64,000 bases of DNA from Hyphochytrium catenoides (lineage: Eukaryota; Protista; Hyphochytriomycota): assembly GCA_900088475.1 (NCBI GenBank), contig FLMG01002858.1, forward strand, positions 9,024 through 73,023. The letters are read 5' to 3'. Below are positions 57,144 through 64,000 of the stretch, one piece after another (positions within the stretch are counted from its first letter, which is position 1; the number at the start of each line of letters is the position of its first letter). The notes under the pieces were generated by a model that ran no database searches, was not told the DNA's origin, and saw only the letters and a list, made by a program, of their open reading frames with translations. A program made the position numbers and the translations under genes.

Positions 57144-60100
57144 TCAAGTGGCAAACCAAACATAGGTAGGGCAGGCCGTAACGTTTTGGATCAGAGAAGG
57201 AAAGAGAAAAAAAAAGGAAGAGAAGAAAGAAGAAGAATTGTTGAGACTCTCAACTCTCTCTTCTTCGCCCTCTTCTTCCTCCATTCCACTTTCCTGGCCT
57301 TCACTTTCGTCTGCCTGATCACCTCTCCGTCTCTTATACGTTCTTTTTGGTCTCGTGACCCTCGACGTGGGCAACTTGGCCCTCTTGTGGAAAATTTCTG
57401 TACAAGACGTACGAGCAGGAGGGATTGCCGTGGAACAGAGGAATACGCAGCAGACTGGGCAATAGTAAACCGTTTCTCTGTCGCAGTACTCGCACTGCCT
57501 AGGTCTCGTCACAGGTTTGCCATCCAGAATCTTTGGCCTTGTTGACAAGTGGCCGGGAGTATGGAGTCTAGTTGTAAGGAAGTTGTGAGCATGAGAGTTG
57601 CTAAAGTCAGATGACAGGGACGAAACTCAAACCTTAACTTTATGCCAGCTTCATGGGTGGCAAAGAACCTCAGCTTCTTATATTTGGGCACTTGAGCTCG
57701 CAGAGATTGCACAGCACCAGCATCAGTGATAGCCGGGGCTAGTGGAGCCCTGCTGTCGTCATCCAAGTCGTCTGGCATCTCTGATGGAAGGTTGATTGAC
57801 TCCAGCAGCTTCTGACGTAAATACTCTACGTCACAAAGCTCTTCTCCAACCTCCATCATAAAATCGTTGATGGACTCCACGTGGTTGAATGCATCTCGGA
57901 GCTTACTCAGCGTAGAAGCAGTAGCCTGCAAGTTGACAAGCAGATCTCTTCGCTGCCACATCCTCCATATAATTGCAGCATTGATGAGGACTGTGAAGAT
58001 ACTACGAACGACAAATTTCCTCTCAAAATCCAAGGCGCCAGTATTTGGAGGAAACCCCGCATGATACTCACTTGATCCGTCCAGACCCCCTTTTGTCTTG
58101 CTGTAAAGGGCCTGAGCTGCATGGCGATAAAGTAGCACAGGTTTGGAAGGGCCGTTTTCATTGATGTAGGCGTCCACCATTTTCCAGAAGCGGAAATGAG
58201 AACAGATAATCTGTTTATCTTCTCCATTGAGAAAGGTTGGAAACTCCAAAGTAGGCTGGTGAGCCCACCCCAGGGTCTCTCTCAGACATGATAGACTGGC
58301 CCCAAAGACTCTTAGCAGTTCAGCACTTGCATGCACGAAGACCACATAGCCAATGCCAGTTGTAGTAGCTTTGACATAGAGAGCGTGGTCGATATTGCAA
58401 ACAAACATTTGGTGCAATACTTGCGCACGATGATCCTGAGGCACAGCTGTCCACCAGATGTCGTCCCCGACCTCACACAGGAGAATCTGTCCGCTCCTAG
58501 AGCTTACTCTGCCCAGGCTTTCAACAGTGCTGGATGCCACGGCTGTCTTCAGCTCCACTGTCGCAAGAACATCTTGATCTGAGCCGGGAGGGCGGATGAC
58601 AGCGATGGCGTCAGGAGATGCCGCCAGCCACGGCAACTCTCTGTGTTGGAGAAGACCGACTTCACAAAGCGCAATAACAAAGTCTTTCCGTCCTCTAAGG
58701 GCATCTAGAATCATACCCTACAACAACTCATAGTTAGTTAAGACTACCTCCGCATGAAAGACTGAGCTGGCCACTCACCTCGTTCTTTGTTCCTTGTCTC
58801 ATCTCATCTGTAGATGTTGCCTTTGAGTACCAGCTCTCACGAAACTTAGATAATAGCTCTTCGTTGGTAGGGAGAGGCACCCGTATACCCGAATCATCTT
58901 TGTGGAGAAGAGACCGCGCCCGTTCATCATACCTGGAGACAAAACTAGCCATCGTGCCAGTGCATCTGTGGGCGCGCGCTACAAACCAATCTGCACAACG
59001 CTGACCGGGGGTCAATGCTTTAACTCTGGTGTTAAGTTTGGTCTCTAATAGCCGCCGCGCGTCTGATTTGTCCTCCGACGGGTAGAACAAGCAGTCGCTT
59101 GCCTTACTCTGGGTTCCTAGAAAATATTATTAGCTAATCATTCAGCCTCTGCTGTATAATAAGGAACAAACTAACCCTTGATGAAGACTGCGGTCCACTT
59201 GTGAAGGAAGGGCTCAATCGTAGGCCACGAAATGTAGAAACGTAACACCTTGGTGGATGCCTGGTCTCCTCTTTCCCTCACCGCCAGCGCGTGGAGCTTC
59301 TGAGACGAAGCTCTACTTTCGTTTGCTACAGGTATAGTCTTATACGCACTGTATACCGTAGGGCCCAACAGAGGTCCATCAGGAATGATCCATTTCGAGG
59401 GCCGCTCATCCGCAGTCTCTATTGATGGCTCCAAGGTATCCTCAGCTGCAGCTGGACTTATTGGGTTGAGGTGCAGAAGGGATGATGGTTCGCTAGATGA
59501 TCAGGGACAATAAATGCGCAACCAAGGCCCCTACATGGCAAGCAAGCACTTTAGATAATGAAAGGCCGTGCCGGTGCTGGCAAACTTACATTCCCATGAC
59601 CGTCTCAACTAACTTGGGCTTGCAATACCCTCGATCCATGGTTATAATGCCCCCTCGCCAGCTTCCAGTTTGCTGCTCCTTCAAACTCTCTAGCAGTTTC
59701 TTCACCGACTGGTCTTGATCCGCACCCCGACGCTTCAGGCGGATAGCAAGCACCACGCGTGTAAAACTATCAGCAATAACGTCCATGCTGTGTCCTTCTT
59801 TTCCAGCTTTCCTAGTGTTAAGGCTTTTGACCTACGCATGAGTCAATATTCAGAATTCGCTGAGAGGCCGTCGTCAGCGTAATTACTTATGCTACCTGAA
59901 CGTCTTGGGACCTGGACGCGATGAGCTCGTCATCCAATACTAGTGTTCCATTCTTCATGTCGAGCAGTATATGACGTGACTCTTCCATTAGCAAGCTCTC
60001 AAAGGAACTTAGGTTAGGAGTCAAGTCCCCCTGCGCTAACCATCCACAGTCCCAGTCGCCAGTCCTGCCCTCAGATGTATAGGCACGCAGAGAGCGAAGA

Positions 60101-61023
60101 ATTTCTTTATATCGTTGTTGTGGCAAAACGGTCCATTCTAACTTGCAGAGCTTTTGATAAGCCTTGGAGGGAGAACATACGAAACAGCTGAGACCAATTA
60201 GTGTACCAATAAACCGCATGAACTCAACAGGGTTCGTCCGCAATGCCTCTTGAGGCATGGCTCCGTTACATAAACGAACCAACCGATGCAAAGCAGGCTC
60301 AAGCAGGAGTAGCACAAAGTCCGCACGCGTTGCAGGTACATGGGGTTGGCGGCTTTCTGGATGATTAGCTCCTGCTACTCCTAACCCTTCCAGCTTCCTC
60401 TCCAGCTTAGCCAAGATGGCTTGGTGATGCCGAAGAAACCGCTCACTGATTGCTTCTTTTAGGAACTCGTCCTCATCAACCAGCTTCCATTCAGGAATGT
60501 GCTCTGTAGTCCATCCAGCTGTCGCCTGATTGCGCTTAGCTTGTCGCCTCGCCGCCCCAGGTATGTTATTATTGTCACTCTGACTCCCAGGAGAAGGGGA
60601 AGATCGTCTTCCTCCTCGTCCTCGCCCCCGCCCTCTTCCTGGACTTTCACCCCTTCTAGAACCCCGCCCTCCCCTTGTTGCGGGACTGCTGCTTCTTCCT
60701 CTGCCTCGTCTTGATATCCTTTCCTGCTCCTGGCTCCTTTCTCCTCCTTCTTCTGACTGAGAGAAGACGACCGAGGAGCCAATCGAACCCAACACGTCAC
60801 CTTCAAGTCCACCATCAGCTTGAGAAGCATCACTCGCACCACCCACGAATGGAGGAAGTACAGGGTAAGGGGAAGAAGAAGAAGAAGAGAAATGCTGTTG
60901 CTGACTCTCCTCCTCCAGTGTATCGGCTTGGGACACAAAGGGGCCATCAGCACCTACACTATCTCCTCGTCCTCCTCCCCATTCACGATCACTCTCTGCC
61001 ACCTTCTGCTCATCGTCCATCAT
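57144..61023 (-). mobile_element. piggyBac-like DDD transposase with inserted YqaJ/lambda-exonuclease domain and C-terminal Cys-rich domain (6 exons; possible frameshift ~59470)
   Basis: Exons ~61023-59896, 59831-59590, 59530-59176, 59116-58779, 58717-57633, 57567-57144. piggyBac motifs EFMRFIGTLI, RYKEILRSL, LVLDDE (D1), ITMDRGY (D2), YSKTKGGLD (D3), CEYC...YYCPVCCVFLC...CTEIFH. YqaJ motifs GQRCADWFVAR...TGT, MRQGTKNE, WLAASPDA, VELKT, QVLHQM. Confidence 0.8.
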
Positions 61024-61310
61024 CGTCAACCTGTAAGAGCAGCAAGTAAGGAGTCCGTCGTTGCTGCAGTGGTGGTACTAGTAGTAGAGTAGCACCAGCG
61101 TGCCTCTTCGTCGAGCCTGTCTACAGTAAAAGATAGGCTTAACTTATCGATCAGTAAATTGCTTGTAACTCTGCGAAGCCTCAGCCGATTGAGCTCAAAC
61201 TTCGTGCCGGTCCAGGTGAATGTACCACCAAGGAGATTTTGTCCTCGGTCCACCGATTGTGCAGCTCTAACTAGGGGTGCTGAGGTACATCTGACCGCTT
61301 CCTGGCGCCT

Positions 61311-61392
61311 AAATTACCGTATTATAATACGGTAATCACAACCTTCCTGGGGGAGATCTGAAACCAATTACCGTATTATAATACGGTAATTT
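61311..61392. repeat. Two copies of the perfect 24-bp palindrome ATTACCGTATTATAATACGGTAAT
   Basis: Copies at 61313-61336 and 61367-61390 (the second extends to a 26-bp palindrome, 61366-61391), 54-bp period. Confidence 0.95.
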
Positions 61393-62280
61393 TACAGTAG
61401 GGATATCGGTCCCGTGAAGGCGATAGCATGCGTGGAGCGTTAGTCGTTTGCAGACGTCATTAGTTATAATTCTTGCTGCACAAGAACGATGCTTTCCCTG
61501 CTGCTCTCATTAGCTTGGTCTCCAAAGTCAATGGAAATATCTGTAGACTCCATGCCGGGGCTCTGGGCCTCCCAAAGTCGCTATGATGGCAGAGAAGAGG
61601 AACTAAGACCACTTTCACGAGCAGCAAAGAAGACCCCAATACTCTTTAAGGCCAATCTTAACCTTTCCTGCTGACCATATTATCACAAACGAGAACTACT
61701 ATGCAATCTATCCTCCTACTATGGTGTTTTGCTGTTCAGAATCAGGATAACTGGCAGCTGTGAAGGTATTATTCAAAATGCAAACCAGTGGTCTCTTGGT
61801 GGCCGTCTGAAAAGGGACTATCTGCGCTACTGCAGTCCATGATGATTGTTGGAATAGTATGACAACCGTTTTACTAGACAGTGAGATCGAAGAGACAGTA
61901 CACTGGAATTACTTAAGGCCCCATCCTTGCAGCAGTCGCAACTCAGCGTTTCGGTTAGCTGGAGAGAGTGAAAAGTAGAGTAAGAGTGATGAGCTTGTAT
62001 TGCGGAGTACTATGGCCCTCTTAATTATTATGTTCATGCATTTTAAACATAGGCACCTACTGTAACGATGGGATGGTGGATCAACAACAAGAAGCTCCAT
62101 GGCGCTAGCTATGGCGGAGAGTTTATTCTCGTATTTTTGCTTCAGTCTTCTCACGATGAATGATAGAAGTTCTATGGTGCGTTTTTATTATTATTCTGAG
62201 AGAGGTAGGTCGGGGGTACCACGCCGTACGCTTCTTTCATTCCACCAGAACTGCTGACTTATGACTTAAGCTGACGTGGA

Positions 62281-64000
62281 TCAATCCATTTGCTGTTGTT
62301 GTCTTCTTCTCTTTTGCGGCCCATTGTCGTAAAGGTCGCGACAAACTTGACAGAGGCAAGGAGTCCAATTAGCCTGCCGCTTAGTTCGCTCCTCAGTACC
62401 ATAAACAGGTCCTTGCCGAGGGTTAGGGGAATGGTCCTGCCGCGGTACTCGGCAACTGAACCAAGAGCCCCTCCTACTCCTATTGGATTCCTCGCTCAAG
62501 GTTGTCACTTCTGAGGCGCCGGCGGCTTGTTGCTCCGGTACCTGACTAGTAGCAGGATTCGGCTCGGGAGCGGTCCCGTCGTTGTTGCTGGATGCAACAA
62601 CCTCTGTCGTCAGCGAAGGCTGTTTATGGAGCGATAACCAAGGTTGCATCCTATAATAATGCCCACAAATGCTGCATCGTTGGGGCTGACGGACCCGCTT
62701 ACGTGTTCCTTCGCCGTGGTTGAACACTACTGTTGGAGGTGGTGTTATTCCCAGCCTAGGTGCTGCATTTACCCCGCCAATCTCCCCATTTTCTTCGCCA
62801 TCTTCTACATCATCATCGACATTGATATCTACCACAGGGGGAAAGAGCTCATGGAGGTGTGAAGGAATACCTTCTAGCATGAGTGGTGGCAGATGGACAG
62901 GAAGGTTAGGGTTAGATAGGTCCCGCAACCGCTGGCTTATCGTGCGTACTGCGTCTCCGTTCTGCCGGGAAAGATGATACCTTCGCAGCCTCTGTAGAGT
63001 CTTGCGGTAAAAGGCTCTAAGAGCATGCTTGGACTTGGGAAAGACAGATTTGCCAGCGGCAAGGTCCTGGTCACAGCTTTGGTTCCACTTCAGCGCTAGA
63101 GCTTCAAAGTCAATATCATCTTCGCCATCACCAGGATGCATGGATCCAATGAGCTCAAAGAATTTTCTCTGCTCATCTTTACCGTACACCGTGGCAATGT
63201 TTCTGCGTACAAAGAGCTCTGGATTTGTCCTTAGCCTCAGGGAAGTAGGGGGCTCGTTGTGCTCCAAATTAACACCCTCTCTAACGACACCTTCATTCTC
63301 CATAATGTTATTGCCTTCCATCGCTTCTTCTTCCTCTACCGCTCTATTGCTTCCATCCGTCTCCTCCTCTTCATCAAGATCGTTATCTATAGAGAAATCC
63401 CCCACCTCAATGCCGAAGTCCATACAGTCCTCATTCACTGAGGCCACTGCCTGTGTACTTCTCCAACCGAAGAGCGGAGAGCTTTCCACCCTTACCTCAT
63501 CGTAGTCGACGCCATAAAAGCCTTCAGTAAGCTCCAGAATTGTCTCCACCAGCGCAAAGTTGTAGACTCCTGTTAGGTTGGAAAAGCCCCGGTAGCGGAC
63601 ATCAATACGATGATTCCAGCGGAAGTTGAACTCTTTCAGGATAAGGATCAGAAGGTCTAGAGACATGAAGCGAGAGACTATAAGTGCTCGTATGTGTCTA
63701 TGGTAACCTTCAATGTCACTAGTTCCTCGCCGGCACCTAAATATGGGAAGCCCCCTCTTATCACGACCAATCTGGACGTACAGCGGTACCTCATCTGGAT
63801 CAGAAAGGCAGCCCTTAAGTACATGTCGCTTCAGGTTCCTCCAGGCCGTCCAGGTACTAGGTCGAAAGAGCTTCTCGTTTGATGTGGGGTCTATCGTCTG
63901 GGGAAGAACTAGTTCCACTTCTTGCAGTCGCCGAAGGAGGAGGGGAGGCGATGGAATCTTTCTTCTCATGTGCGGAAGCCAGCGGCTAAATTGCCCATAG
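62281..64000 (-). mobile_element. C-terminal part of a second, unrelated transposase-like ORF (GCLSDP...RCRRGTxxxEGYH family), 5' end beyond window
   Basis: The frame is open from the window edge (YGQFSRWLPHMRRKIPSPP...), intronless, ~570 aa. Motifs GCLSDPDEVPLY, LPIFRCRRGTSDIEGYH and EFNFRWN resemble TE-derived proteins of fungi, fish and oomycetes (DUF6729-associated, Mutator-like TNxxE-type catalytic Glu). Later KWNQ...KSKHALRAFY helix block and CxxCGH...CxCxxC. Superfamily not certain. Confidence 0.65.

Noticed and set aside
61312-61390. Repeat-spacer-repeat (25/29/25 nt) resembling a minimal CRISPR array
   Set aside because: Only two repeats, fully palindromic, eukaryotic spliced context and no cas genes; the adjacent PD-(D/E)xK domain is YqaJ-type inside a transposase, with no Cas4 Fe-S cysteine pattern.
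56490-61700. Canonical TTAA-CCC...GGG-TTAA piggyBac termini
   Set aside because: No matching TIR pair found by eye; TTAACCTTT at ~61658 has no counterpart on the left side.
61392-62065. 10-bp inverted match TTACAGTAGG / CCTACTGTAA
   Set aside because: Too short to distinguish from chance, and no TSD.

Overview
Eukaryotic, intron-rich (GT-AG, CTAAC/CTGAC branch points), roughly 50% GC genomic DNA, most likely from a stramenopile: it carries two small zinc-finger families I associate with oomycetes and other stramenopiles. There are two assembly gaps (39171-39273, 50900-50948). In order, the window holds a kinesin-4-like gene (-, runs off the window start), a CCHC zinc-knuckle protein (+), an SLC35F6-like DMT transporter (-), a ~20 kb SMG1 PIKK kinase gene (+), two tandem intronless GyrI-like genes (-), a coiled-coil hypothetical (+), a channel-type CLC (-), a C3H (WRC-like) zinc-finger gene (+), a DDX28/RH22-like DEAD-box helicase (-), WS/DGAT (-), RPS18 (+) and a DUF1365 gene (-). 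A transposon-rich end follows. The best candidate for an unusual system is a spliced piggyBac-type DDD transposase (57144-61023, -) with a complete YqaJ/lambda-exonuclease PD-(D/E)xK domain inserted between its second and third catalytic aspartates. It is preceded by two copies of a perfect 24-bp palindrome, and a second, unrelated transposase-like ORF runs off the window end. Exon boundaries were read by eye and family assignments come from recalled motifs; no searches were run.
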